Source of the DNA: Pseudomonadota bacterium
GTDB lineage: Bacteria > Myxococcota_A > Polyangia > DRWM01
Direction of reading: 5' to 3'
DNA: 33,377 bases
Assembly: GCA_043813155.1 (NCBI GenBank)
Contig: JBDRLK010000353.1
Span: forward strand, 1-33,377
Made by a program: the position numbers and the translations under genes. The notes under the pieces were generated by a model that was not told the origin of the DNA, did no database searches, and was given only the letters and a program-made list of their open reading frames with translations. Below, piece after piece: positions 23,006 to 31,684 of the stretch (position 1 is its first letter; each line of letters opens with the position of its first letter).

Positions 23006-24015
23006 CGCACGCCAAGCCAATCGGTGTTCTCGGTACCGGGATGTTCGGCACGGTCATCAGCGGTCTTCTTCTGAAGAACGGAAACCGCGTGCTCATGTGG
23101 GGGCCCGACAGGGACGTGCTGGACGAGCTGTCGACCGAGGGGAAAAACACAAGGTATCTTCCCGACTACAAGCTGGATTCCAGGCCTTCCGTGACCATGT
23201 CCCTGGGCGAGGTCTGCGCCGGGTGCGACATCATGTTTTCGGTCCTGCCCGCCGGGGCGGTGCGGGGCGTGATGGCCGAGCTGGGAAGCTTCGCCAAAAC
23301 CCATCAGATCATGGTGAGCTGCACCAAGGGGCTGGAGTACGAGACGCTCAGCAGGATGACCCAGGTCATCAGGGAGGAGACGCCCCTGAGAAAGGTGGGC
23401 GCCCTGTCCGGGCCCAACCTGGCCGGGGAGATCGCGGCCGGCGCTCCCACCTCCACGGTCATCGCTTCCGAGCTCGACGAGGTGATCGAGGAAGTGCACG
23501 CCGTCCTGAACAGCAAATACTTCAGGGTGTTCGGGAGCCACGACCCGGTGGGCGTCGAGTTCTGCGGTTCCCTCAAGAACATCTACGCCATCGCGTCGGG
23601 CGCTGCGAGCGGCCTCGGCTACGGGCTCAACACGCGCTCATTCCTGCTCACCAAGGCCCTGAAGGAGATGCAGTTCTTTTCCCTGAAGTTCGATGCCCAC
23701 AAGGAAACGTTCCTGGGCATTGCCGGCGTGGGCGACCTCATCGCCACGGCCCTGAGCGGGCTTTCGCGAAATTTCCGCTTCGGCGTGCTCGTGGCCGAGG
23801 GGAAGACGGGGGAGGAGGCGCTTGCCGCCGTCGGGGACACGGTCGAAGGGTATCACACGGTCAAGGCGCTTTATCATTTCGTGCGCGAGCGCGGGTTCAG
23901 GATGCCCATTGCCGAGACCGTGTACAACGTTGTCTACAAGGGCCGGGACACGTCCGTGGCCGTGGAGAAGCTGCTGCGCATCAACGTGATGTACGAGACC
24001 GAGCTGTATGTATAA
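23002..24015 (+). CDS. gpsA: NAD(P)H-dependent glycerol-3-phosphate dehydrogenase
   Basis: 337 aa. N-terminal dinucleotide fold IGVLGTGMFGT. GpsA motifs SCTKGLE, ALSGPNLAGEIA, SLKNIYAIASG and GVGDLIAT. GTGA overlap with the upstream gene. Confidence 0.9.
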   Translation: MTHAKPIGVLGTGMFGTVISGLLLKNGNRVLMWGPDRDVLDELSTEGKNTRYLPDYKLDSRPSVTMSLGEVCAGCDIMFSVLPAGAVRGVMAELGSFAKTHQIMVSCTKGLEYETLSRMTQVIREETPLRKVGALSGPNLAGEIAAGAPTSTVIASELDEVIEEVHAVLNSKYFRVFGSHDPVGVEFCGSLKNIYAIASGAASGLGYGLNTRSFLLTKALKEMQFFSLKFDAHKETFLGIAGVGDLIATALSGLSRNFRFGVLVAEGKTGEEALAAVGDTVEGYHTVKALYHFVRERGFRMPIAETVYNVVYKGRDTSVAVEKLLRINVMYETELYV

Positions 24016-24790
24016 ATTTTTTCTACAGGACGACTTTGACTATTCCCTGCTGGGCAAGCCTCCCGTCATCTTCATCTCCGACATCGACGAGACCTATCTG
24101 CAGACGGACTTCAAGAGCCTCAAGGGGCTTTGCACGGCGGCGGTGCAGTTCGCCGTGGACAAGATCACCTACCCCGACATGTCGCTTTTTTACAGGACGG
24201 TCCGCAGGGCACGCGCCAGCGCGCTGTACTTCATCTCGTCCAGCCCCGTGCAGCTGCGGGGCATCATGCTCAAAAAGTTTCTTCTCGAGGAGGTTCCGTG
24301 CGACGGCATCGTCCTGAGGGACACCGTCCGCCTTGTCCTGGCCGGCCACGGCGACGAGGTGCGCAACCCTTTCGGGTACAAGCTGCTGGCCGTCCTGACG
24401 CTCATGAAATCGTTTCCACGCGCCTCGCGCCTCGTCTTTCTCGGCGATGACACGGAATCGGACAGCGCGGTGTACGAGAGCATCAAGGCGCTTGCCGACG
24501 GCTCGCTCGGCCTCGGGGGGCTGCGGGGCCGGCTGGAGGAGAGGCAAATCCACCCGGATCACGTGGCCCAGGTGCTGGGAGAGCTCGACGACCTGCCGGT
24601 CAGGGGGTTCGACGTGGCGGGGATATTCATACGCAGGACGGGCCACGGCACGGCGGACAGCAATCCGCCGCAGATGGGCCTCAGCTCGATTGTCTTCGAG
24701 CACCCGCGCGCGATCATCGAGGTGCTGCTGTCGCGCGGCGTCATCACCGGAGAGCAGGCCGCCTGGTTCGAGCGCCGCGCCGTGGCCTGA
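24008..24790 (+). CDS. HAD-type phosphatase of the App1/DUF2183 (phosphatidate phosphatase-like) family
   Basis: DxDxT motif FISDIDETY, YFISSSPVQL, and the late acidic motif VFLGDDTESD, matching the App1 catalytic-domain pattern. 8-nt overlap with gpsA. Confidence 0.6.
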   Translation: MYKFFLQDDFDYSLLGKPPVIFISDIDETYLQTDFKSLKGLCTAAVQFAVDKITYPDMSLFYRTVRRARASALYFISSSPVQLRGIMLKKFLLEEVPCDGIVLRDTVRLVLAGHGDEVRNPFGYKLLAVLTLMKSFPRASRLVFLGDDTESDSAVYESIKALADGSLGLGGLRGRLEERQIHPDHVAQVLGELDDLPVRGFDVAGIFIRRTGHGTADSNPPQMGLSSIVFEHPRAIIEVLLSRGVITGEQAAWFERRAVA

Positions 24791-24806
24791 CATAAAGGGG
24801 AAAGCC

Positions 24807-25085
24807 ATGCCGGGATACACGGTCACGTACAAGAATAAAAAGTTCAGAAAAGAGAAGGTCGAGCTCGACGGGAAGGTGTTTGTCGGCTGCGAGTTCGACG
24901 AGTGCATCATCATCCTGGAAACAGGCGAGACCGATCTTCGAAACTGCCGCATTAATAAATGCCGGCTCATGCTCAAGGGCGCCGCCTACACGGTCGCAAA
25001 AATCATCAAGCTGTTTTCCGGCCAGGCCCCCCTGAAAGTCCTGGACCTGGACGAGCCGCTCTTCGAGAAAAAACCGGACGAATAG
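24807..25085 (+). CDS. hypothetical 92-aa protein
   Basis: ATG preceded by AAGGGGA. Coding-like composition (MPGYTVTYKNKKFRKEKVELDGKVFVGCEFDEC...). Last gene of the lipid operon. No family recognised. Confidence 0.5.
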   Translation: MPGYTVTYKNKKFRKEKVELDGKVFVGCEFDECIIILETGETDLRNCRINKCRLMLKGAAYTVAKIIKLFSGQAPLKVLDLDEPLFEKKPDE

Positions 25086-25094
25086 CGTTCTTCT

Positions 25095-25197
25095 CCCCCG
25101 ACGGGTAGGGGCGGCTTTAGCCGCCCGTTTCCCCCGACGGGTAGGGGCGGCTTTAGCCGCCCGTTTCCCGGGAGCCTAAAGGCTCCCCTACCCGGGG
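25095..25197. repeat. 2 x 36-bp tandem REP-like hairpins plus a third inverted hairpin
   Basis: CCCCCGACGGGTAGGGGCGGCTTTAGCCGCCCGTTT at 25095 and 25131, then CCCGGGAGCCTAAAGGCTCCCCTACCCGGGG. Confidence 0.85.
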
Positions 25198-25300
25198 TAT
25201 TTATACGATGGCTTCCATCGCCCGGCTCCAGGCGACGGTTCCTTCATGAAATATTTATTTGGCCCGCGGATTATATCCAGTGGAGGCCCGCGAATCGGCA

Positions 25301-25570
25301 ATGAGAGTAAAAAAAACACTGGCCGTCATGGCATCGGCCTGCGGCGGTCTCCTGGGATTGCTGACGATTATTTTCCTGATCGTGTTTGTCTTCGTGTCCC
25401 CCTATCGACTGGCGCGCCTTCGCTTTCTCCTTGCCAATCCCGAGCATATCCTTTCGATAAGCCCCCTGTTGCTGGCCGCGGCCATCCTGGGCGCGGGGCT
25501 GATTCTTTTCAGCGCGGGTTTCCTGACAAAGGAGATTTACAGCCACATCCATGATGGAGCGGAAAAATGA
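25301..25570 (+). CDS. small 2-TM membrane protein
   Basis: MRVKKTLAVMASACGGLLGLLTIIFLIVFVFV... plus a second helix PLLLAAAILGAGLILFSAGF. ATG 25301 was preferred over the TTG at 25259. Confidence 0.5.
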   Translation: MRVKKTLAVMASACGGLLGLLTIIFLIVFVFVSPYRLARLRFLLANPEHILSISPLLLAAAILGAGLILFSAGFLTKEIYSHIHDGAEK

Positions 25571-25974
25571 AACACCTGATTCTCATGGCCGCGCTCTTTT
25601 CCCTCGGCGCGTGCAAAGCCGGAAAAAACAGCGAGGCGCCCGCCTCTCCTGTCTGGATCGGCACGCCGGCGGAAGAAAGCGACTGGCGCTATCGCTACAT
25701 TATCGAGGCAAACGGGGAGTGGAAATCCGGGACGGTGGAGTACGAGAAGGACGGCGCATGGCAGGAAATCGGCGCTCTTTCGGACATGGTCCGCGAGGGC
25801 GACACGATCACCTGCAGGGGGCCGCTGGGCGAGCCGGGCAAGTCATTCGACATGAACTACTATTTCGACATCCTGGAAAAGACCGACACCTCCATGAAGG
25901 TGCGCATGACCTGCGACGCTTTCGACAGCCGTTCCGAAATCCTGCTCTTTGAAAAGACCGCGCATCATCCCTGA
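25567..25974 (+). CDS. hypothetical lipoprotein
   Basis: MKHLILMAALFSLGAC lipobox. ATGA overlap with the upstream gene. 135 aa. Confidence 0.6.
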   Translation: MKHLILMAALFSLGACKAGKNSEAPASPVWIGTPAEESDWRYRYIIEANGEWKSGTVEYEKDGAWQEIGALSDMVREGDTITCRGPLGEPGKSFDMNYYFDILEKTDTSMKVRMTCDAFDSRSEILLFEKTAHHP

Positions 25975-26074
25975 TCGGCCGATTCATCCGTTTCAAAGTT
26001 TTTTTTGCATTGCGTGGCCTTATCCGGCACTGTAAAATGAAAGCAACGGACACGGCACAGGTTGGGAGGCAGCA

Positions 26075-27964
26075 ATGAAGGCAAGCGCCAAAATCAGCGT
26101 CATGGCGGCGGGATTCTTCCTGCTCATGCCCATGGATGCGCCGGCGGCGTCGGCCGGCGCTGAAACAGCCATGGTAAAAGTGAGGCCCGGCGACGCGGCG
26201 CCGGAAGCCTTCTCCATTGCCATCGAGGCTGCAAAAAACGAGTTCGAGCCTTTCCAGGTCATTGTGGACGGCGGCGAAGGCGGCGTCCTGGGCGTGACCG
26301 CGGAAGCATCCGATCTCGTGGGGCCGGGCGGGGCGATTATTCCCGCGGGCGAGGTCATGCTGTACCGCGAGGGGCTTTACGCGGTCGTCGTCCCATCGAA
26401 CATCGAGGGGGCCGTTGGGCCATGGCCCGATCCTCTCATACCCGGGGTCGACGCCTACTTCGATGAGACGCGAAACGCCTTTCCCTTTGACGTGCCGGCA
26501 CGCGAGCTGCGCGGGATATGGGTTGAAGTATTCGTGCCGCCCGGCGCAACGGCCGGCGCGTACACCGGGACCGTCAGCGTGAGCGGCACCGGCCTGCCTG
26601 AAACGTCCATTGCCGTCAATCTTCTCGTGCGCGGCTTCGAGATTCCCTCCACGGCCACGCTCAAGTCGGCATTCGGCGTGCGCTGGAACGTGTGCGCGTC
26701 CCACCTGGGCTCGTACGAGGCGTGCGGCGACGCCGGCATCGAGCAGTACCAGGTGATGTACGGGCAGGCCGCGCTGGACCATCGCGTGACCCTGGAGTCC
26801 GTGGTCTACTACGGGCCGGACGGGACCGACTGGACGAGGTTCGATGCAACCTACGGCCCCATGCTCGACGGCACGGCCGGCACGCGCCTGGGCGGGGCGC
26901 GGCTGACGACACTTCGCGTCATGACGGGGGACACGGAAGAGATGGCCCTGTGGCACGATCATTTCGAGGAAAAGGGCTGGCTCGATCGGCTTTTCGACTA
27001 TACCTGCGACGAGCCGCCCGCGGGCTGCGGGTGGGACGAGATCCCGGCAAGGGCGGCCGCAGCCCACGGCGCGGGCATCCGCACGCTCGTGACCACGGAT
27101 ATCGACGAGGTCAACGACCGCGGCCTGCACGACGACATAGACATTCTCGTGCCCGTCGTCAATTATATGCACCCGAGGGACGAATCGAGCCGCCGGCCCG
27201 GCTATGACGATTTTATTGCCGCGAGCGAGGACAAAGAGCTGTGGATGTACCAGTCCTGCATGTCGCACGGCTGCGGAGACGGCTGCGTGGAGACGGCCGG
27301 CGACTGGTACACGGGCTGGCCCTCGTACATGATCGACACCTCGGCCCTGCAGAACAGGGCCATGCAGTGGATCGCGTTCATCTACGACGTTGGGGGCGAG
27401 CTCTACTTTGCGACCACCCATGATCTTCCCACGGCCTGGGACGACCAGTGCGATTTTTCCGGGAACGGCGACGGCACGCTTTTTTATCCAGGCACGCCGG
27501 ATCGCATCGGCGGCTCCAGCCACATCCCCGTGGAGTCGATCCGGCTCAAGCTCATTCGCGAAGGAATGGAGGACTTCGAGTACCTGGGCCTCCTGTGCTC
27601 CCTCGGTGACTGCGAGTCCGCCAGGGAGGAGGCGGGCGGGCTGTTCCCCGCGCCCTACCGGGTTACGTCAGCCTCGCCCGACGACCTCTATGCGGCAAGG
27701 ACTCGGATTGCCGACCGCATCGAGGCAATCCTGTCCACCGGTCCAACGGAAGAAGAGCCGGACGCGGCAGAAGGCGCGCCCGACGCCGTGGAAGCAGTGG
27801 ACATTGTCGAAACCGTGGAAGGAGAGGAGCCGCCCGATGCGGCCGAGGCAATGGACGGCGAAACTTCTGCCGACGTTGCGCAGGACGCGGCTGTCGATGA
27901 TGCAGGCGATGACGGCCCCGGCGATTCTGACGGGGGAGGCTGCGGGTGCAGGGTGGTCCCGTAA
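26075..27964 (+). CDS. secreted DUF4091-like (GH123-related) protein with acidic C-terminal tail
   Basis: Signal peptide MKASAKISVMAAGFFLLMPMDAPAASA. Late motifs WMYQSC, GNGDGTLFYPG and PVESIRLKLIREGMEDFEYL resemble the DUF4091 domain. The tail is Asp/Glu/Ala/Pro-rich and ends GGGCGCRVVP. Confidence 0.65.
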   Translation: MKASAKISVMAAGFFLLMPMDAPAASAGAETAMVKVRPGDAAPEAFSIAIEAAKNEFEPFQVIVDGGEGGVLGVTAEASDLVGPGGAIIPAGEVMLYREGLYAVVVPSNIEGAVGPWPDPLIPGVDAYFDETRNAFPFDVPARELRGIWVEVFVPPGATAGAYTGTVSVSGTGLPETSIAVNLLVRGFEIPSTATLKSAFGVRWNVCASHLGSYEACGDAGIEQYQVMYGQAALDHRVTLESVVYYGPDGTDWTRFDATYGPMLDGTAGTRLGGARLTTLRVMTGDTEEMALWHDHFEEKGWLDRLFDYTCDEPPAGCGWDEIPARAAAAHGAGIRTLVTTDIDEVNDRGLHDDIDILVPVVNYMHPRDESSRRPGYDDFIAASEDKELWMYQSCMSHGCGDGCVETAGDWYTGWPSYMIDTSALQNRAMQWIAFIYDVGGELYFATTHDLPTAWDDQCDFSGNGDGTLFYPGTPDRIGGSSHIPVESIRLKLIREGMEDFEYLGLLCSLGDCESAREEAGGLFPAPYRVTSASPDDLYAARTRIADRIEAILSTGPTEEEPDAAEGAPDAVEAVDIVETVEGEEPPDAAEAMDGETSADVAQDAAVDDAGDDGPGDSDGGGCGCRVVP

Positions 27965-28035
27965 CGGCACATCAGGGCTTGATCGAACCGGAATGAAGCT
28001 ATAGAGTGAGGAAAACCAAAGAGGAGGACTAACCC

Positions 28036-29028
28036 ATGAGCCGGACACCCTTTCAGGAATTCGCGGGCAGGATGATGCACCCTGACTCCGAGTTCATCCC
28101 GAAGATCCTCGAGAGCATGATCAGCGAGGACCAGATGAAGCTGCTGCTCGCGCTTCCCGGGAGCGCCGGGGCCATGGCGGAAAAAACGGGCAGGCCGGCG
28201 CAGGAGGTGCAGGCCGAGCTCGACGACATGTTCCGCAAGGGCCTGGCCTTCAAGAAGAAGAAGGAAGGCGTGGTCAGCTGGCGCGGCCCTATGCACATTG
28301 CGCAGTTTCACGACGCGTCCATCCTGTGGCCCGGGGCGCCGCCCGGGTTTTACGACCTGTGGCAGCAGTACATGGACAGGGAATGGCCGAACCTGGCGCC
28401 CATGATCGGCGGTTTTCTTCCGCGGCCCATCACGCGGGTCGTCCCGGTCGGCCGGAGCATCGAAACCGGAAAGGCGCAGGTGCTGGCGCCCGAGAGTATC
28501 AGGGAGCTCATCGATAGCGCAATGCGCATCGCCGTGACAAAGTGCACGTGCCGCCTGACCATGAGAAAATGCGACGCGCCGGTCGAGGTCTGCCTGCAGA
28601 TCAACAAGGGCGCAGACTACACGGTGGAGCGCGGTTCGGGCCGCGAGATAACGAAAGAGGAAGCGCACGCCGTCGTGAAACAGGTTCAGGAGGCCGGCCT
28701 GGTCCACGTGACCATGAACAACACGCGCGCCGGGCATTTTATCTGCAACTGCTGCTCCTGCTGCTGCCAGGCGTTCTCGCAGCTGATCGCGCAGGACGTC
28801 AAGCTTTGCGACCCCAGCCGCTACAGGCCCGAGACCAGCGCGGACCTGTGCAAGGGCTGCGCCGCGTGCGAGGAGCGGTGTCTTTTCGGCGCCATCAAGG
28901 TGGGGGACAACGAGATATCGGCCGTGAGCGCCGGGAAATGCCTGGGATGCGGCCAGTGCTCGGTCGGCTGCCCGGAAAGCGCCCTTACCATGATCGAGGT
29001 TCGCAAGCCCGATTTCATCCCGGCCTAG
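28036..29028 (+). CDS. Cys-rich iron-sulfur protein with C-terminal 2x[4Fe-4S] ferredoxin domain
   Basis: CKGCAACEERC and CLGCGQCSVGCP dicluster motifs. Additional Cys clusters CTCRLTMRKCDAPVEVC and CNCCSCCC. SD AGAGGAGGA. Confidence 0.75.
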   Translation: MSRTPFQEFAGRMMHPDSEFIPKILESMISEDQMKLLLALPGSAGAMAEKTGRPAQEVQAELDDMFRKGLAFKKKKEGVVSWRGPMHIAQFHDASILWPGAPPGFYDLWQQYMDREWPNLAPMIGGFLPRPITRVVPVGRSIETGKAQVLAPESIRELIDSAMRIAVTKCTCRLTMRKCDAPVEVCLQINKGADYTVERGSGREITKEEAHAVVKQVQEAGLVHVTMNNTRAGHFICNCCSCCCQAFSQLIAQDVKLCDPSRYRPETSADLCKGCAACEERCLFGAIKVGDNEISAVSAGKCLGCGQCSVGCPESALTMIEVRKPDFIPA

Positions 29029-29305
29029 CTTTCTTATTCAGGGCAAATATATTCGAAAACAGCCCCCAGTCGCCGCCGAAAAAGCGTTGAGGGGTTTTTG
29101 CTCCCAGGACCGTGAAATCGCCGCTCGTGCTTTCGATGATCGACACGGGCAGGCCGTAGTCGTCGCCGGTCAGGATCTGTATCCATGTTTCCCGGCCGGA
29201 TATGGCGGGAGGATCCTGGTGTGTGTCGAATTCCATTCTGCTGCTCGCGTAGCATCCTGCAAGGACGCATGCGAACGGGATCGCGATATGTAAGGGGGAT
29301 TTCAT
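29015..29305 (-). CDS. small hypothetical lipoprotein
   Basis: ATG 29305 preceded by GGAGG. MKSPLHIAIPFACVLAGC lipobox. 96 aa. Convergent 14-nt overlap with the Fe-S protein gene. Confidence 0.5.
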   Translation of the reverse strand: MKSPLHIAIPFACVLAGCYASSRMEFDTHQDPPAISGRETWIQILTGDDYGLPVSIIESTSGDFTVLGAKTPQRFFGGDWGLFSNIFALNKKARPG

Positions 29306-29423
29306 GTTCCTCCGCCATTCAACCATTCGTTGAGTTTCATTATGAAACCTGGAAAAGGAAAAAACAAAAACAATCGGCTGGATCGCTCATGTATTGACGA
29401 GGCACGGAATTTGGAAAACGCGC

Positions 29424-29609
29424 TCAGATCTCGGCTTTCCTGAATTTTTCCTGGAGCTCGATGATTTCCGGGGGGTAGTGCATGCGGAAGAGGTTTCCCT
29501 GGTAGAGCCATTCGAGGCGCTTCCTGTATGATTTGCGCTGATAGGCTTTGAGCGTTTCGCGGCTCAGGTGGTAGCTGAAACCGCGGAGCTCAGGTTTTCT
29601 TTTTTTCAT
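29424..29609 (-). CDS. hypothetical small basic protein (61 aa)
   Basis: ATG preceded by AGGGGGG, 8 nt downstream of the mutase large-subunit stop. Lys/Arg-rich. No family recognised. Confidence 0.35.
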   Translation of the reverse strand: MKKRKPELRGFSYHLSRETLKAYQRKSYRKRLEWLYQGNLFRMHYPPEIIELQEKFRKAEI

Positions 29610-29617
29610 TTTCCCCC

Positions 29618-31234
29618 CTAAAGCTTAGGCTCCCTGAACTCGCCGTACACGTCCTTGAGCACGCTCGTGATCTCGCCCACCGTGGCATAGGCGCGGACCG
29701 CGTCCTTGATAAAGGGCATGAGGTTCTCGCTGCCCCCGGCCTTTTCCCGGATAACGGCAAGGCACTTTCCGACGTCGCCGGCATTCCTTTGGCTTTTCAC
29801 CTTTGAGAGTGTCTCGATCTGCCTTTTGCGCATGCTTTCGTCGTGCCTGTAGATTTCAACGGGCATGGCTTCCTCTCCGGACACGTACTTGTTCACGCCC
29901 ACGCGCACGACGTCGCCTCTCTTGATCGCGAGCTCTTCTTCATAGGCCTGGCGCGCTATTTTGCTCTGGATGTACCCGCTGCTCACGGCCTTGACGATGC
30001 CGCCGGCCCGTTCGATCTCTTCCATGGCGGCCAGGATCTTCTTCTCCATTTCCGAGGTCAGGCTCTCCACGTACCAGGAGCCGGCCAGCGGGTCGACCGT
30101 GTCCGAGGCCCCGCTTTCCTCGGCCACGATCTGCATGGTCCGCAGGCCGATGACGGAGGCCTGCTCGCTGGGTATGGTGAAAGCCTCGTCATAGCAGCAC
30201 AGCGCCATGGTCTGGGTCCCGCTGAGCGCGCTGGCGAGCGCGTAGATGGTCGAGCGTATGATATTGTTGAGCGGCTGCTGCCGGGTCAGGCCGCCGCCGC
30301 CGCCGCCCGCGATCATCCTGATCTGCATGCTCCGGGGGTTTTTGGCCCCCAGGTCTTCTTTCATCACGCGGGCAAAAACCCTGCGGCCGGCGCGGAACTT
30401 GGCCACCTGCTCGAACAGGCCGCCGTGGATGTCGAAGTTGAAGCTGAGGCGCGGGGCAAAGGTGTCCACGTCCATGCCCCGGCCCATCACGTGCCGCGCG
30501 TAGGCTTTGGCGATGAGCACGCCGCAGGCCATCTCCTGGGCCGGCGTCGCCCCTGATTCGCGGATGTGGTACCCGCACACGCTGACCGGGCTGTAGAGCG
30601 GCAGGTTTTTCGCACAGTACTCGATCGTGTCGCCGATGAGCTTGATGGACGGCTCGACCGGGAAGATCCACGCGCCCCTTCCGATGTATTCCTTGAGAAT
30701 GTCGTTCTGCGTGGTGCCGCGGATGTTTTCCGGCGGCACGGACTGCTTTTCCGCCGTGATCTCGTGCATGGCGATCATGATCGAGGCAACGGCGTTGATG
30801 GTGAGCGCGGTGGAGACCCTGCCCAGGTCGATGCCCTTGAAAGCCTGCTCGAAATCCGCGAGCGTGTCCACGGCCATGCCCACCCTGCCGACCTCGCCCT
30901 CGGCCCTCGGGTCGTCGCTGTCCAGGCCGTTCTGCGTGGGAAGGTCGAAGGCCACGTTCAGGGCGGTCTGGCCCTGGTTGATCAACGTGTGGAACCTTGC
31001 GTTCGTTTCCCGGGGCGTGCCGAACCCCGCGTACTGGCGCATGGTGAAGGGATGGGCCCTGTACATGTACTTGTGGATGCCGCGCGTAAAGGGGTAGCTG
31101 CCCGGCGCCCCGATGTCCTGCTCCACGTTCAGGTCCGCGATGTCCTCGGGAGTGTACACGGGCTTGATCGCGATGCCGGATTCGTTGACTACATCCTTAA
31201 TTTTAATATCCTTACTTTTGCCTTTCTTATCCAC
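29618..31234 (-). CDS. B12-dependent acyl-CoA mutase, large (substrate-binding TIM-barrel) subunit
   Basis: Methylmalonyl-CoA-mutase family motifs: [68 protein letters not shown]. The start was chosen at GTG 31234 (GTGGATAA overlap with the small-subunit stop, GGGAGA SD). 538 aa. Confidence 0.9.
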   Translation of the reverse strand: MDKKGKSKDIKIKDVVNESGIAIKPVYTPEDIADLNVEQDIGAPGSYPFTRGIHKYMYRAHPFTMRQYAGFGTPRETNARFHTLINQGQTALNVAFDLPTQNGLDSDDPRAEGEVGRVGMAVDTLADFEQAFKGIDLGRVSTALTINAVASIMIAMHEITAEKQSVPPENIRGTTQNDILKEYIGRGAWIFPVEPSIKLIGDTIEYCAKNLPLYSPVSVCGYHIRESGATPAQEMACGVLIAKAYARHVMGRGMDVDTFAPRLSFNFDIHGGLFEQVAKFRAGRRVFARVMKEDLGAKNPRSMQIRMIAGGGGGGLTRQQPLNNIIRSTIYALASALSGTQTMALCCYDEAFTIPSEQASVIGLRTMQIVAEESGASDTVDPLAGSWYVESLTSEMEKKILAAMEEIERAGGIVKAVSSGYIQSKIARQAYEEELAIKRGDVVRVGVNKYVSGEEAMPVEIYRHDESMRKRQIETLSKVKSQRNAGDVGKCLAVIREKAGGSENLMPFIKDAVRAYATVGEITSVLKDVYGEFREPKL

Positions 31235-31625
31235 CGATTTTCTCCCTAATAAAATCAACGATATCTTCAATCGAGCTTCCCACCGGGAAAATGCCTTCAA
31301 TGCCCGTTTCCCTGAGCTTCTCGATGTCCTCCTGCGGAATCACGCCGCCGACCAGCAGGGACGCGGAGTCGAGCTTCCTTTTCTTCATCTCATCCCTGAC
31401 CTTTTTCGACAGCGTGAGGTGGGCCCCGCTCATGATGCTCAAACCCACGATGTCAACGCCTTCCTGCATGGCGGTTTCGGCTATTTCTTCCGGCGTCCGG
31501 TGCAGGCCCGTGTAAATAACCTCCATGCCCGCGTCCCTGAGCGCCAGGCACAGGACTTTCGCGCCCCTGTCATGGCCGTCGAGGCCCGGCTTGGCGATCA
31601 GGACTCTTATCTTTTTTTCATTCAT
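31227..31625 (-). CDS. acyl-CoA mutase small subunit, cobalamin-binding domain
   Basis: 132 aa. B12-binding DxHxxG motif ([11 protein letters not shown]), SIMSG and [18 protein letters not shown]. Confidence 0.92.
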   Translation of the reverse strand: MNEKKIRVLIAKPGLDGHDRGAKVLCLALRDAGMEVIYTGLHRTPEEIAETAMQEGVDIVGLSIMSGAHLTLSKKVRDEMKKRKLDSASLLVGGVIPQEDIEKLRETGIEGIFPVGSSIEDIVDFIREKIGG

Positions 31626-31684
31626 GGTTTCCCTCGAAACATGCTGCGGAGGTGAATGTCCGACCCAATGGAATGGAAAATATG

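Noticed and set aside
24447-24806. 5' extension of ORF 24447..25085.
   Set aside because: It overlaps the App1-like gene out of frame with Arg-rich translation. ATG 24807 has its own SD immediately after that gene's stop.
5784-28737. Many long minus-strand ORFs opposite the annotated + strand genes: 5784..6818, 7401..8531, 8635..9657, 11162..14143 (993 aa), 14482..16818 (778 aa), 17182..18489, 20240..21223, 21611..22966, 24023..24976, 25808..27523, 27688..28737.
   Set aside because: They are antisense shadows in GC-rich DNA. Translations are Arg/Ala/Gly/Pro/His-rich with no recognisable motifs, while the opposite-strand genes carry unambiguous domain motifs and SD sequences.
31235-31300. ATG 31300 as the start of the mutase large subunit.
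   Set aside because: It would overlap the B12-binding subunit gene by 74 nt. GTG 31234 with a GGGAGA SD and a GTGGATAA overlap is the typical coupled start.
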